Shown here: positions 23,351 through 37,454 of the stretch, one piece after another | Layout of the letters: each line of letters begins with the position of its first letter | How positions within the stretch are numbered: the stretch's first letter is position 1 | From: Tubulanus polymorphus | Taxonomy: Eukaryota > Animalia > Nemertea | Direction of reading: 5' to 3' | NCBI RefSeq assembly: GCF_964204645.1 | Contig: NC_134025.1 | Coordinates: 20,311,101-20,375,100 of the forward strand | DNA: 64,000 nt | The notes under the pieces: model-generated | The model's input: the letters and a program-made list of their open reading frames with translations, nothing else | Told to the model about the DNA's origin: nothing | The model's database searches: none | Position numbers and translations under genes: made by a program

Positions 23351-25069
23351 ATCTTATGATATTTTTTGGTTTGCACGCATGTATCAAAATATGGGTTAAG
23401 CTGAAGTTATTGGGTTATTCCACTTAGTCATATTTCTTTTGGATGAAATAGATTTGTCAAGTCACTAAACCGCTAATCGCTTTATATTTTAAAAACTTAT
23501 TTGCACCAGCATTTCATTAGTTAAGAGGAGTAAGTCAATGTAGTCATAAATTTGAAGGGATGATTTGGCCCAGGTCTAGATCCGGCCCGAATTTGTCCTG
23601 TGCCTGATATCCTTGTCTGGGAACTCCACTTACTTGTGTTCACATATAAACAACTCGAACTTGTTACTAAAATATTATCATAGTATGCTGTGGCAAGCAT
23701 GGGGAATCATTTCCAAAACCATGATAATTTGACAAGAGACACAAGGTTGTTATTGTCAGAGTGGATTTTGAGAGAGAGACATGAACCATGCTGAGTTATC
23801 CAAATAATGGCATTTACCAGGCGATTTAGCTCTTGGGAAAAGGGAGGTGCAACTGGAATATTGGGTCACTAGACCTACGCACATTTACGGCCTGTAATGA
23901 TTACACCCATCATCAGCGAACGCTGCGGGCGCAAAGCACTAAAAGTGGAGGTTTGATGTGCTCCCTCAAAAAATTTTGAAAAATTAGATGCATTTAGATG
24001 CATTCTGAGCATTTTCCTAGTTGAAATTAGGAATGAAATATGCACCATCGTCTTAACAAATGTCTTGGGGAGAAAATTCCCCCCACCACGCACCTCTGGA
24101 TCTGCCACTGACATAGAGTTATTACTATAAAATGAATTGAGATTGTACAAAAGCAGTAGAATTTTTTGCCGTAAGATGGCAGCATTTTGGCTTAGAATGA
24201 TGAGTGAATCAAATTGATTTTTCTATTAGCTACTATGAGTAGTGCTGGTTGCTGGAGTTGCAGTGATATGGCTGTGTGCGCAATAGAATATTCAATCATT
24301 CTACCTCTACAGACGAGGACTCAGAGTTAGCTCGCCGCTTTACTTTATGCCCCTACTCCCCCCACCATATGACAATATAACAATAATGCAATATTAATCT
24401 AATGGAGTGATGATCTGTCAGCCTTTCAGATTTGTTACATTAGGTTTGATTCTAATCGGTGATGGCCGCCTGTGTATATATTCTGATGATGAATGAAATT
24501 CATTTGATTTCATTGATTCGTTATCCTACTCTTCTATAATCCATTATCTAGTTGGATTTAGCTCGACTGATTAACCGCATATTGCTTTTAACTTTCAACC
24601 CGAATCAATGAGTCTCTATCCTTCAACTGTAGCATCGCATCCCGCCATTTCGCAAGATTGTGTATAGAATATGCAACGAAGATGGTGCATGATTATATGT
24701 AATATGTGTTCACCGTTCATGTTATAGTGATACGCAGCGATGATGCATATTGCTACGACGACAAGCCGCTCCTTTCTCCTCCGTACAACATTTCTGCTGT
24801 CGTCTGCTGTTTGCTCGAGTTATAACTGATGATGTACGTTGTTGTTGTCTGAGGTACACTTATCGAGTCGAGCGTCGTCGAAGATGATTTTTTTCCCTGC
24901 GATTGTCGAATCAGTCGCGTATATAATGACAACGATGACAACGGCGACGCCAGGAAGCATTCGGAGCCATTGTCAGACTGGCGGTGCAGCGTTGTTGCTG
25001 TGGCGATAAAGTTACCGCTATAAGTATATATATATATATATATGTATATATTATACACGGTATCCTGTC

Positions 25070-25223
25070 ATGGGAGAGCCGGCTCAAATGCATTGTTCCA
25101 ATAGCGACGCGTGTTCTGACGAAGAGAACAGGGCTGGATTAAGAAGTCAAGTCCATTCCGAATCGTCGTCGTCGTATACTCAAATGCTCAATGAAGATTA
25201 TATGCAGGAACTCTATGCAGACT
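25070..25223 (+). CDS. Candidate alternative first coding exon of the SYT14/16-like gene (51 codons, phase 1)
   Basis: gtcATGg start; MGEPAQMHCSNSDACSDEENRAG...NEDYMQELYAD then t|gtacgt; 154 nt = 3n+1; preceded by a CpG-rich patch at 24750-25010. Confidence 0.5.
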
Positions 25224-28200
25224 GTACGTATTTTGTAGTATCGTCGTCGTCATTCATTGATGTCGTGTAGCCTTACTCTCTCTCTCTATCCGCTCAACAC
25301 CGAGGCGTAAAACTAACTGTCGGATGTTTTTAGCATTGACAACCTCGTTTTCAGCCCCTTCAATAAAGTGTTGTAAGCATTGCCTTCCCCAACCCCAACA
25401 TATATTGTGAGATGTCGTTAAGAATTTCCCTTTCTGACTCCTGCTTCTTGCCCTTCTCTCCTGCCTCTTGCCCTTCTCTCCTAATCCTTGTTTGAGTCGT
25501 GTTTGTGGGCACTCTGCAGTTTTTTCCTGTCCCCTGAAGATGTAGGCCACACCTCCTTTTCTACCCCTCTCCCTATAATACCTGTAGTTGCTGTCATAAA
25601 CACTCTCATCCCTTTTACAGGATGGTAAACCCCAGTTATAATGAACTCGAATTTATAACAATTACCGGATATCTCAAACACTTTCAATTTCGTTCTAAGT
25701 AAGATGAATTATTCTATCTCATACCGCATAAAAGAAACTTTTTGTTGTATAAAGAACTGATCTTCTGGTACCCAGGAGTTCAAACAAGGTTCTACTGTAT
25801 CCCCACTGTATGTTGAATTTCCTCGAGAGTTTGGCGCTACAATTGAATTAGTACTATTCCATGTGTCAGGTTGTTCCTTTGTAAGCAAGTGAGCGTTGTC
25901 ATGAATTCATCTGTGCATACAGTAGCATGAAGTACCACACTTATGAGTGCCAAATATGCCAGAATACTGCTCTTATATAACCAGCTGGTTCACATTGGAC
26001 TTGGCGCTTACTAAAAGCCTTTAACCCTGCTTCAGTTTGACCATTGTGGGCAGCGTTTTCAAGATGCTGTCTTCATTTTCAATCGTTAAAATTGTTAACA
26101 TGCGTTTCTGTCCTTCCGTAGGGTTGTTTGGAAATTGTCAATTCTGCATGCACTTAACCGGCCTTTACATATTTGTTCCTTTTATTTCATTGGTTTCTCA
26201 GGTTAAATCAGGAGCTAGGAATGAGTAAAAACACTAATGAACTAGTCATCCCTCTGGTTGGGTATACATGTAGCACACTACGATCCAGGGCTTGCTAAGC
26301 ACCGGCCACCTCGGTACCGTACCTGGATTGGGTTTTCGGTGCGAAGTCACTCTCCGTACTTGCTAAGCCCTGTAGTTTTTGGTACAGTGCTGAATAAACA
26401 GCAACATGATTTGATTATCTTGTTATTTGGGTTATGTATGTAACTCTGATGATACATCTACAGTTAATGAAATGTGTTTGGTGTCCTTGGACCCCTATAG
26501 TTGTCGTTCGATTACATCCCCTGTACTGAGAGCCTGTTTCAAAATGGTTTATGAAGTTTTCAAGGTGCGTATATTGTAGGTCCTATATATGACCTACCAT
26601 GGCTAATATAAAGATAGATTGTCCCAATTGCTATAAGAAGCTTTGCTTTAAAACAATCATAATATTTCATCGCATCACCATCATTCCCGTAAAAACTATC
26701 CCAAGGTGTCAATTATTGTTGATGTACCGGTATTGTATATGTCATATTACAATCAGCTCTTAGACGTTTTTAAAGCCGTAAAAACTGTAACACTTATATT
26801 TATATACATTGATACCTGGCATGCGTTATATCAAAGGGTTCTGTGTGAGTCGTTGCGCATGGCATCAATATTGGCATTTCAAAATAACATAAACAATTGT
26901 GAATTTTGGCGTTTGTTTTATAATAGATATTCTTCATAACTCTTATTCTATATTGGATAAATTGTGATAATTATCTTTTAGAGGATGTGCACCTCATCAT
27001 CAATATATCGGGATTAGACTGGTTGCCTCTCAATTCAATTCAATTATCGATATATTCAAATCCAAAATTATTTGATCCTCAATATTATACGATTTCATTT
27101 TATATTATTTAATGTCGACAATATTAAGCAATAGATGTGTTATTTTTCAAGTTAGTTTCTTGTTACTTCAGTTGCTCAGTAGCTTACAAAATCGGGAGAG
27201 AGCACTTATTACCGGGCAGATTTTTCTGCGTAAGCTAGCCTCGGTTGTTATGAAACACGTTCAATAGTGGTTCAATAACTTATGAATTTCAAACCAATGC
27301 TTAATCTAACATTCCTTACTTCTAAAGGTTTCTTTCAGGGAAAATAATGACAATGAAACCATAGGAGATCATAGACCATGAATTGAAAGTCTTGGGTTTC
27401 AGTTTATTGGATTTTTCAAATTAATTAGATAGGCCTAGTAGTCACCCGATAAATATACATTAAATAAGAACATTATTCGCTTTTCCCCTTTCGGGATACC
27501 ATTGGCCCTAAAACCAAGTGCACAGGGACACCAATTTTATTACTGGTGCCAACATATTTTGTGTAATAAACTAGAAAAACCTGTGTAAAATAGAAGAATC
27601 TTTTTGGTCGCTACATCATACTATCAAGCAAGTTGTTGCAGTAACAGTGATAGTCAATATGTTGATGACTTGACTAATACTTATAGAATTGATTTCGAAA
27701 TATAGATATGGACTCAAAAATAGATTCATGCATGTGATGACTTGGGCCTATCCATTGGCGAATTATCCTGTTTGACTGTTTTCCTGCACCCTCCTTTGAA
27801 AATTGGTCTGGATTTTCAGTGCAACCTCTCTTTACGAGTACATCATTGGATGTGAGTTATCTAGGGTGTACCTAATAACCGGATTCTGGGTAGAGTGGTA
27901 GCCGATATTGGAAAAACGATTGCATATTCTTAATAGTTTGTTCCACAGAATTTGTCCTACTAGAGTAAACAATATTTTAGTCGGGACTGACAGACTGAGA
28001 TTTTCAAGATTCTTATGACAAGTACAGCTTGAAAAGAATCATCTTTGTACTATTTTATTGTACCGATTTTATTTTATATAATGACATGAGGTGAGGCCTA
28101 CGCGTATCACATGGTATTATATTGGTTATTGGTTAGACCTATATATATTTACATTTCTTTTGAAAAATAGAAGAAAAGTTCCGAACGTTTTCCTCTGACT

Positions 28201-28275
28201 TCATTCTTAATCCAACTTGCGCCGATCCGAATTATGCATGGTTTACTGTAATTCATTTAGTGAAATCAAATTCAA

Positions 28276-29362
28276 ATGTCAAATTCTGATGTCAAATCTG
28301 ACTTAATTTCTATTATTGACTGGTTTAAAGCAAATAAATTAACCCTGAATATCAGCAAAACAGCATATATGCTATTTAAACCACGTTCGTTTAAAGTAAA
28401 TTTCGACGATATAGAACTAAAATTTGGAAATGACACAATAAAGAGGGTGACTAGCTTTACTTTACTAGGACCTAATATTGACGAGAACTTAACTTTTGAA
28501 GAGCATGTCCGAAGTATAATTTCAAAAATCAACAAAAACCTGTATTTAATTAGATGTATAAAAAATTTTGTTCCACAATGGATAGAGAAGATTTTCTATT
28601 TCAGTTATGTGCATAGTCACTTAATGTATTGTCTGAATTTGTGGGCTCCACTCATAACAAAGAAAAATTTGGACCACTTTATTCAAATTACAGAAGCGAA
28701 CAGTACGAATGATTTCCAACTCTACTTCCCGAGCACCATCTAATCCATTATTCAAATCTATGAAAATCTTGAAGCTTGACGACTTGATCAAACTGGAATT
28801 GGTTAAAACTGGCTATAGATATATTAAAACTAGCCTTCCTCGGCCCATTCTTGCTATCTTTCAAAAAAACTCATTCCACCACAACTATGATACTAGACAA
28901 AGAGACTATCCGAGAGTTGCTGCCTATTCATCAAGTTTATATAATAGATCTGTTCTTGGAAAAATACCAATTATCTGGCAAACTCAAAATTCCTCAATCA
29001 AAAATGCTCCAACAGTCCACACTCTAATAAACAGATTTAAGGAAATCACTTTTAATGGCTATTGAACCCAAATCCAATTCTGGTCTTAATTCATTTAAAG
29101 CACAATTCTTTGAAGTTAATGAATCAAACTGATGTATCTAAAACTTCTACAGCGGACAGATTACTCCCATTTCGCGTTTCCATTTCACCCTCATTCTACC
29201 TAATTTCATTAAATTTTGATTTTTTTCTGGGTGCTTGGATCCCTACAGGACACAGCCTCCATTGGCTTTCCATTCATCCAGCCTCGTATGTATGTAAATT
29301 GTTTATAATCTATGTATCATTTATACTGCATATGTACATGGCGAAATAAATATTATTATTAT
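28276..29362 (+). mobile_element. 5'-truncated CR1/L2-group LINE: C-terminal RT region with one frameshift, 3' UTR and (TAT)n tail
   Basis: DWFKANKLTLNISKT..M.F...LG..IDENLTF..H...SHLMYC...W, then PLFKSMKILKL...HNYDTR...IW. Frameshift near 28670; ends aaataaatattattattata. Confidence 0.88.
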
Positions 29363-31104
29363 AGAATTACTGATTAGTTCGCCCGATTATTACAAGGTGG
29401 CACCACTATAAGGCAGTATTTGATAGAAGTGGCTGAAAAGTGATCAGTTGATTAGAAATAGTGTTTTACGAGAGAAATGCTATGAAAGAAAAAGAGCGAT
29501 ATAAATGATTGAACAAAACCAAAAAGATATATATTTACCGTAAGCGATTTAGCTCTTTCTTGCCAGTTTCGCGTTGTCGGCTACAATAATAAACCTACCT
29601 AGCGCCAGTGCAGAACTGCACCGTGTACTGGCATACTGATCGTTTTCGACTGCATCTCGAGTACCAAAAATATTGGACCACTATCGGAATTGGCATGGTA
29701 ACGCATACGCGACTAGCATGAATCATGCATGCATGCATGCATATATATATATACCAAGAATTATCGGCTTCGGTGCCGATATTCAGTGTATCTGGAATGG
29801 TTCGAATGTCGCATAATGTAACCATTATTTTGGCAGATACTTTTTTACGCTCTCGTGACTAGGCTGCGAAACTGCGTTAAGGATTTGGTTTCCTCAGCAA
29901 TTTTTAGGCCAGCCTCTGGCTTCTACAGCCGTGCCGAGGGGCGCGAAAACAGCTAAAAGATTTCCAAAGGAATAATTCTGTCAATACTTAATGATTGTGT
30001 CCTTATACTGATAAGATCTTTGGTTGATTCAGTGTGTGGGAGGACAATTTGAATGCAACACAGAAAGTTTATCTTCGACAATTGTGTAAGGGTTGACGGA
30101 TGAAAAAGCTTTTTTTTCAAGTAGGCTCTGTAGGCATGGACCACTGTCATGTGCTAATGAACCGTGTTTTATGGCGAATACGATTTAATTTTTATGCAGC
30201 AAAATATCAAATCTAATTAGATTTCATTCAGTATAAACCATGGCACTTAGTTGAGGAAGGAAAAAACGGTTGATCTGAAGTATTTGTCCATGACAACTTT
30301 TTGTCTGTTTTACTTTTCACGAAAGCAGCAAGCATCGCACATAACCCAAAAATTGCATAATTTCATGTAAAGTTTAAATTGGCAGGCTGGTTGTAGTGTC
30401 TTGTAGGATCTTCTACATTTAAAATGTTAAAATATCTGATCTGTTTAGTCATGATTTAACTCATATTTCCCCATCATTTAAGGTCGAAATGGTTACCCTT
30501 TATTTTAAAAGATGAAAGATTAATCCTTAAGCTCAATGTACACGGCACAGGGAATAAATGGAAAGCCGAAACAGTTTTTGGTGTCCATGTTTCCGTGTTT
30601 TTGTGATGCCAATTGCAGCGAAGCAACTGCCAGACAGTGACTACCGTCATTCATAACTGAAGAATGAATTATCATTTCAATCATTGTAGGGTTTTATCTT
30701 TATTTTGAAGATGGGAATTTCTAAAAGAGAGTCGGATCAAAACCCGATATCGTCGAATTTCAAGAATGGTTTCAGAAGTTCTTATCCAGAGTTCGAGTTG
30801 AGTTATTCAAATAACCCTCTTAACTCTAACAGATGATGCTTAACAATTCGTCTTGTAAAACTATGGGTGTTCTATGCGTAAATCAATCAATAGCCCAACT
30901 GGCTTTCCGATACAACGTTTCTTGAATGATAAGCGCCATTTTGCATAGCCATATGATTTCCTCAGTTAGGATTAATCAGTTAGGATCTAAACGCATATAG
31001 CAGATGGAAACGCACAAAAAACACTGAAACTATATTTCTGTTTCCCGAAACTATATTTCTTGTTTCTCAATCAATTCCAATTTATTTCACAGAAAAGGGT
31101 AACA

Positions 31105-31108
<4 letters not shown>

Positions 31109-31170
<62 letters not shown>
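31109..31170. repeat. (TA)n microsatellite
   Basis: Uninterrupted TA run. Confidence 0.95.
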
Positions 31171-31174
<4 letters not shown>

Positions 31175-31582
31175 AAATATTAACTTAGCAGTGTCACTGT
31201 AAGTTTTATTTAGTTTTAAAAGGTAAAAACTTATCCCTAGCATATATCTGATTAGCAACTGATTGTATCAGTTGTTGGTGAGGCGACTACCCCGCGGGCG
31301 TTAGAGATCAGGTGAAAATTAGCCAGTTGCTGCAACTGCGTGTAGCGTGTCAATAAATTAGCATATTAGCTTTGTTACAATGACCGTCAGTTGTGTCAGT
31401 CTTGCGTTGTAGTGGAGAGTGTGCATCGAAGGATATCACGGGATCTGAGTACGACCAGACATTAAAAAGTAGAACGTGAGCAACCTGCTACAAGCTGGTG
31501 ATACATCGTGTCCGATCTGTTGCAAGCTCATGCTCATCAACAGATTCAAGCAACCAATCGTACGCGGCCAGTTCCGCTCAAA

Positions 31583-32301
31583 AGGGGGGCTCAGATCGAC
31601 CTTGCGACGCGACTCAACTGGTCAGCGACTGGTTTTCCGGCGACTACCGCTGATCATCGCATAATTTTCGTCGCCATCTAGTCGATCTGCGTCTAGCTAC
31701 GACTGTCGTGCGATAGTTTTTCACGATCGGCGACTTAGTCGCAGGAATTGAACATGTTCTACTTTTACGAGGCGACGGAACCAGTCACCGATGTGCGTGT
31801 TTCTGTGATGAGTTGCCGACTCCACAACTAATTTCAGCCAATCAGAGTGGCGGATCAAAAATGAACATGGCGACCTCATGGCCTGCCAAATATGAAGGAA
31901 AGCTCATTGTTATTGTGAGAAAAGAAACACAGCCTCCATATACAACGCGGCTGCTGCTGCTGCTGCCTTTCCACGACATTTTTGCATGTTGAAAATAAAA
32001 AACCTTTGATGAATAACCTAAAATCATGAATATTATTTGAATTACTCGAAAAATTTTAATTTTTCTCTCACAATAATGCCGCTAAATAGATGGAGAGTTT
32101 ATTGAAAAGAATGGCATACATATTGTTTTTTATTGGGATGTGTGCACGTAGCTTTGAAGGGGTCGCGTGATCTACTCGTAGGGAGCCCACGACTCGGTGT
32201 TTCGGTGTCGATGTGAGCACACTCACGTCCAGTCGTTACGACCAAGCAACTGGTCGGCAAATATTGCTGAATTCGATCGTAAGGTCGATCTGAGCCCGGC
32301 T
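31583..32301. mobile_element. PIF/Harbinger-type MITE, copy A (inverted relative to 47407-48168)
   Basis: TIR gggctcagatcgacctt(g/a)cga at both ends; the body is the near-identical reverse complement of 47407-48168. Confidence 0.85.
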
Positions 32302-32561
32302 TAAAAACTGCCCTGCAACTTTGCGTCTCAAGTTATGTGGATGTACGCGAAGCTTTTGGGTACAGGTCCGCTTATTTTAGAATATTAACCCTAAGTGTGT
32401 TAGTGGTTCAGTTGAAAATTATCAGCCCTTAATATCCAGATAGTTCAGTTGAAAATATTATAGTGTGCTAGCGAGTGGGCCTAGAGTGGAAAATACTATG
32501 GCTGCCAGTTATGTTGAATATATTATAATAATTGATATATCAGGAAACCTGCTACACTGAA

Positions 32562-32998
32562 GGCTGGCTTAGGTCGCCAACACCTACTGACCCAACTGAG
32601 AGCAACCGCGATTGTAACATTTAGATGAATTAATCTAGATTATTTCGAATATATTAATATTTCATTTAGAGAATGAATTTCAATTCGTATGTTCATGCAT
32701 GATAGAGCCGCTAACTGAAAAGGTAAAGCGTGTATCAGCTCATTGTTTTATTTTAAGCATACTACCGTAAAAGTTATCTATTCTATTATTTCAAATTTGA
32801 AGTTTAGACTTAGAATTCCAAAGTTTATGACTTGATACTAATCATGCTGGTCGGTTCCACTCAAAAGCAACTGTCGGCTAGGCATAGGGGTTGTCGGCGT
32901 ATGTCGAGCGGGACGGCAACTGTTGACCTATCGTAGGTTGCCAGTTGCCACTAATCCCGGTTGCATTGGTAGGCGTCGAGTCACAGGTAAGCCAGCCG
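32562..32998. mobile_element. Degenerate Harbinger-like MITE
   Basis: Short TIRs ggctggctta / taagccagcc. Confidence 0.45.
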
Positions 32999-33671
32999 TA
33001 AGTGGAAATATTAACTCTTAGGCACTTATTTTCAAAGCTATTTTATCCAAAAACTGTAACAGAAATATGTTCTAGATCTTAAAAACCATCCAAAAATCGC
33101 GTTTAAAGGATTAAATGCTTTTAAAAATAAGGGCTCCCGCCCAGTGTGTCTATTTTGGATTGCGATATTTCCTAATCATTTAGATTTGCATTGATCGACA
33201 TTTTCGTCTTAAGAGGTCAGCATGAAATAAGAACAGAAATCAGGACTTATTCCTAAATTTGACTTAAGTCATGTATTTAATGAGTTGGCATCTGAAACGT
33301 ATTTGAGAAGGTATATGAGTTGCTCATAGTGATTTTTTAGTCTGATTAGTGCTACCTACGAGAAATCATATAATGGCTTGTAGGTACTACTGCATAGGCC
33401 TAGCTGTTTTGAGGATTATAATTACTATTTGGCGTGGAACGCTTAAGTGATTTTAACATGGGCATGTACTGTATGTCAATAATTTATTGTCTCTCACTCT
33501 ACCATGTCTAGTTCAGCTTATATGTAGGCCAAAAAGTGAATAAAACCGTGAAATGTCTACAAGTACAATGCCAGTATGACACTTAAACTGGTATATCGTG
33601 GACTACGTTGTTTTTTAGGGTAGTATTTTTGGGCTGTAGGAAACGAAGCGCCGTTTCTAATAAGTCTTACG

Positions 33672-33831
33672 ATGGCTGAACAGGAAGGCCGATTCATAGA
33701 TTATTTATCTGGGCAGTTAGCAGCCGACGACGATGAAGAGGCGTCGAAACGAGCGAAAATAGTCACCACTACAGTAATGAATAACGTTACTTCAGTACAT
33801 TCTGATTCACCAGTCACGCATTCAAGTTCAG
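33672..33831 (+). CDS. Candidate alternative first coding exon of the SYT14/16-like gene (53 codons, phase 1)
   Basis: acgATGg start; MAEQEGRFIDYLSGQLAADDDEEASKRAKIVTTTVMNNVTSVHSDSPVTHSSS then cag|gtatat; 160 nt = 3n+1; in frame with the TM exon; contains an NVT sequon suited to a luminal N-terminus. Confidence 0.6.
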
Positions 33832-33875
33832 GTATATTTTTGTGAAAATGTTACATTAGAATTTACTCCAGATTA

Positions 33876-33993
33876 TTTATTCCAGATTCTCATTATTCCT
33901 GAAGATGACTATTAGGATATAGTCGAAACGTTGAAATAAATCTCGAAGTTTCATTTTCGGACTTTTTATTATCATTGTGGGATTCTCTCTACA
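33876..33993 (+). mobile_element. Solo Penelope 3' end/pseudo-LTR containing a hammerhead motif (33893-33939)
   Basis: Nearly identical to 16885-16990; core CTGAAGA-t-gactat..atagtc-GAAACGTT; flanked by the 13-bp direct repeat ttactccagatta (33863-33875, 33994-34006). Confidence 0.8.
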
Positions 33994-35415
33994 TTACTCC
34001 AGATTAATAGTATATTACCCTTGAGAGGGACCAGTTTTATAGTCTTGGGACCAGATTCACCAAAAAAAACTAAGGTCTCCTAAATCCAGGGGTGGATCTA
34101 TTGTTCGATTTAGGGAGGGAGATATAAAAAGGCGTATATCATATAATTACAAGGTCACCCCGTAAGAAAGTACATCGGGAAACATTAATTCATTTTTGAA
34201 AATACAGAGAACAGGCTTATGAATTGAGAATTTTTTAAGGTAGGCCTATCTCAGTTTGATTTTAAAAAAATTTCAGGACAACTTGGTCAGGACAATTTGG
34301 GGGTAGCGCACTCCTTGCACCCTCCCCCCTGTTCCATCCCTGAACTTGATTCAAGATGGACTGAATAAGTGTAGCAATTGAATCGTTTTGTAAAGTTGAG
34401 ATCCTTCTATTAACTATAAACTCCCTGTTTTAAGTAAAAGATGGTAAACCAAGTAACATAGTTCTCAGTTGAATATATGATCCAATGTTTTGGCCTTACG
34501 AGTTTAACTTTAAACACTAAGGAACTGGATTCAAGTTTATAAAACACGGTGTTTACATGAACTACTCACCATTTTCTGTGCCATAGAAATATAGTTATGG
34601 AAAAAGTTCATAGTACATTAAAAAGGGGAAAACAATATTGGCAAGGTTTGACATATACGTGTATAGGCATTTTGGAAAGTTGGCATAAATTGTACATGCA
34701 ATCCCAATAATCTGCCCGTATCGGAGATACAGGATTTTGATGGTATAGAAAGTATGGCAGTGTTTTAGGGGTAAATTTTCCTAGACAAAATCTTCCTTGG
34801 AGTATTTCCAAGACAAGTACAGATGTTCTGCTTTCCAGAAATACTGGCATTAGGCGGAGCTGACAGTTTATCGAGGCAGACGGTATATCGGGGGTTGACT
34901 ACGTGCAAATAGTCCATTCAATAATTCAAGCGAATTTTTTCAATTCAAATGTTTCACGATTTTACGATTACGAACTATAAGTTAATGATGAACCGTTTGT
35001 GTATAGTAGAATATGCGCAATATCGACGGAATATAGAGTTGATAAATTATTCAGTCTTGCGTTGTTTCTTGACTGGCGCTTGTCCCATGATGAAACTTCA
35101 CTGCTTTCCGACACCGATCAATATGCCGAGCTTATATTTCCATGGATCTCTTGCCAGTTGTACATGTATATAAATTCTACAGATCGGCGGGACGGATGCC
35201 GCCGCTGCCGATGCCGCTTACGTATAACAGCGTTATCGTCGTCGCTCGATATGAAAATTCGGCTGCGATGAAGCGTCGTACGTCGTCGTCGTCGTCGTTA
35301 TAGCTGAACATCCCGGATTAATGCGATAAAGTGTTGTTAGTTAGTTAATCTGATGTTAGTTTAGGTCACGCGGCGACGAGAGTTTATAGAGTGTGCCGTT
35401 TTTAAACGTAGCGAG

Positions 35416-35452
35416 ATGTATAAAATGCAGCCGACAATTCATCCTTTTACAG
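35416..35452 (+). CDS. Candidate short alternative first coding exon (MYKMQPTIHPFT, phase 1)
   Basis: gagATG...ttt aca g|gtaaaa; 37 nt = 3n+1; directly after a very CpG-rich (cgt)n patch at 35180-35415. Confidence 0.45.
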
Positions 35453-36384
35453 GTAAAATTTTCGCGATTATTTTGGTATTCGATGCAGATGTGGTTAAAT
35501 AGTTGTTGACTTGAACGGATGATGATTGCTATGTTCAACATCAGTCAGAAATAATGCCTGTCATGCGAACTGCGAGAAACTGAATTTGCATTTCAGTCAC
35601 TGTACTTTTACACTTTTAATCATCCGTTTCGAGGTTTTCATATATTTCAAACAGAGAATTCTTTGATGTTTTTTATAGAGCTGATTAAGATTGATTAGCA
35701 ATAATTTTGATAAAAGTTGCCAAAGTTTTCATGAAATTGGAAAGTAAAGCGTTTTAATCATCATATAATGGACCGTAGATGCCCTGTGGCCTTTCTTGTA
35801 CATACCAAAAAAGATAATTTTCAGTCTGTAGCTTCTTTATGGTTTGCCTTTTTCATTGAAATTTGTGAAGGGTATACTTTGGGAAGGAATCTTTTACAAG
35901 GGATTGAATGGGCTTTTATCAGTGGATTATTATGTAATCAGTGGTCATCTTTATAACATCGGTTATTAATATTGGCACTGTGCATATTTTACCAAGTTCA
36001 TGACTATGATTGTGGTGAGTTTTAAGTTCTCAGTATATGTTCATCATGGGGCGTTGAGTTTTGAGATTTGTCAGATTCTCAAGCACTTCACCAGGTAGGC
36101 GTGGAGTCCCTGGACCCTTAGTTTCACTGTCATGTCAGGCTCAGCCAATGTCCATGCTATGGCAGTCATGTAGTAATCATGGCAGAACAGGCAGTATTTT
36201 TTCGCATGAGGATGTTTGACCTGAACACAGCTTGTCTCAGGGCGCAGCGTTTTATTTCAAACGATCAGCTTAGGTTTTTGGTTGACTCGGCTTACAGGCT
36301 ATCGACACCCATTTTTTTATGACAAAGATAAATGCCATCAGTTTTGGATCCCTGCCCGTAGAGGATGTTCTTCTTTTTGGCCAA

Positions 36385-36640
36385 ATTTGGCCCGTGCCTA
36401 ATTAGAGAGCGCGTTCACCCGCAAACCATTCACCCGATACTAAACAATGCTCAAAGGGAAGTGGATCATTTCCGGTTCCAGTTGCAATTCAAACGCAATC
36501 ATTTGTCTGGTGCTAAAATTTGGCTCGGACCTGGTCCAACGTTTTTGGTCGGGCCATATTTGGCCTGGGCCAAACAGGCTCATTTGGCACCCGTGTGAAC
36601 AGTTGTTTTGGCCCGGGCCAAAAATGCTCGTGTGATCACG
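36385..36640 (+). mobile_element. Dispersed MITE-family fragment; other copies at about 51150-51440 (+) and 53900-54130 (-), with a related terminus at 49697-49900
   Basis: Shared gcgcgttcac..., gtgctaaaatttggct.gg.cctggtc..acg.ttttggtcg and gtgaacagttgtt..ggcc.gggccaaaaa.gct.gtgtgatca. Confidence 0.65.
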
Positions 36641-37180
36641 GCTAGTTTAGCTTAGACTTTAGACTTAGTTCTTATTAGATGTAGCCATTTATGATGTCTT
36701 TGGAATTTTACCGTGTCGCTGTTTGACCTCGACAGCATCATCATCGCCCGCCGGTATAAGTGGACGCGTGTAACTCGGTACTAATATGAGAACATGAGCC
36801 GGATGTTGTATAGCCACGTAGTTAATTATGTATCAATTATCAATTATGACCTGATGGCAAGATCGAACCGGTCTCATTTGTCAATATATCAATGGCTCTC
36901 GAGAGACCGATCAACACGCGTTATCTGTATAATCTGCTTTATTATTCTCCATAGAATTAAGACATAGCACAACGCATACAACGGCCTACCGGACTGTTTG
37001 GTATAGACTCGAATATAGTTCAATTAGCTCAGTTAACTCATGGACTCATGGTTAACCGGAGAACAATTTTTATTCTTCCATTGCATTGTAACTCGCAACC
37101 GGAAAATCACTTGAATCGAGTAAAGCCTAGATTAGCGGCAATAAACCTTGAAACGAGAAAGAAATAGATTTTGTTGTTAA

Positions 37181-37454
37181 CCCTTTAAGTGCTGACTAAT
37201 TAAAACCCTAAAGTGCTGAGATATTTTGAAAAATTCCATCCCAGTGTGTTGAATAACAGGAATACCACTACAGTGCGTCTACACCGCGGTGCGGTGTATC
37301 GTTAGTTACTAATATTTCACTATGTTTGACAGGTACTGCCATCTTTAATAGAGATAAAAACTAATTACTAATTATGTCAATACACTGCAGTGTGGTGAAG
37401 CAAAATCCATCACCGATTTATACACTGCACTGCGGTGTAGACACACTGGAAGGG
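37181..37454. mobile_element. Possible piggyBac-like MITE
   Basis: ttaa|ccctttaagtg ... cactggaaggg|ttttaa; internal tacactgca.tg.ggtg repeats; right TSD imperfect. Confidence 0.4.
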
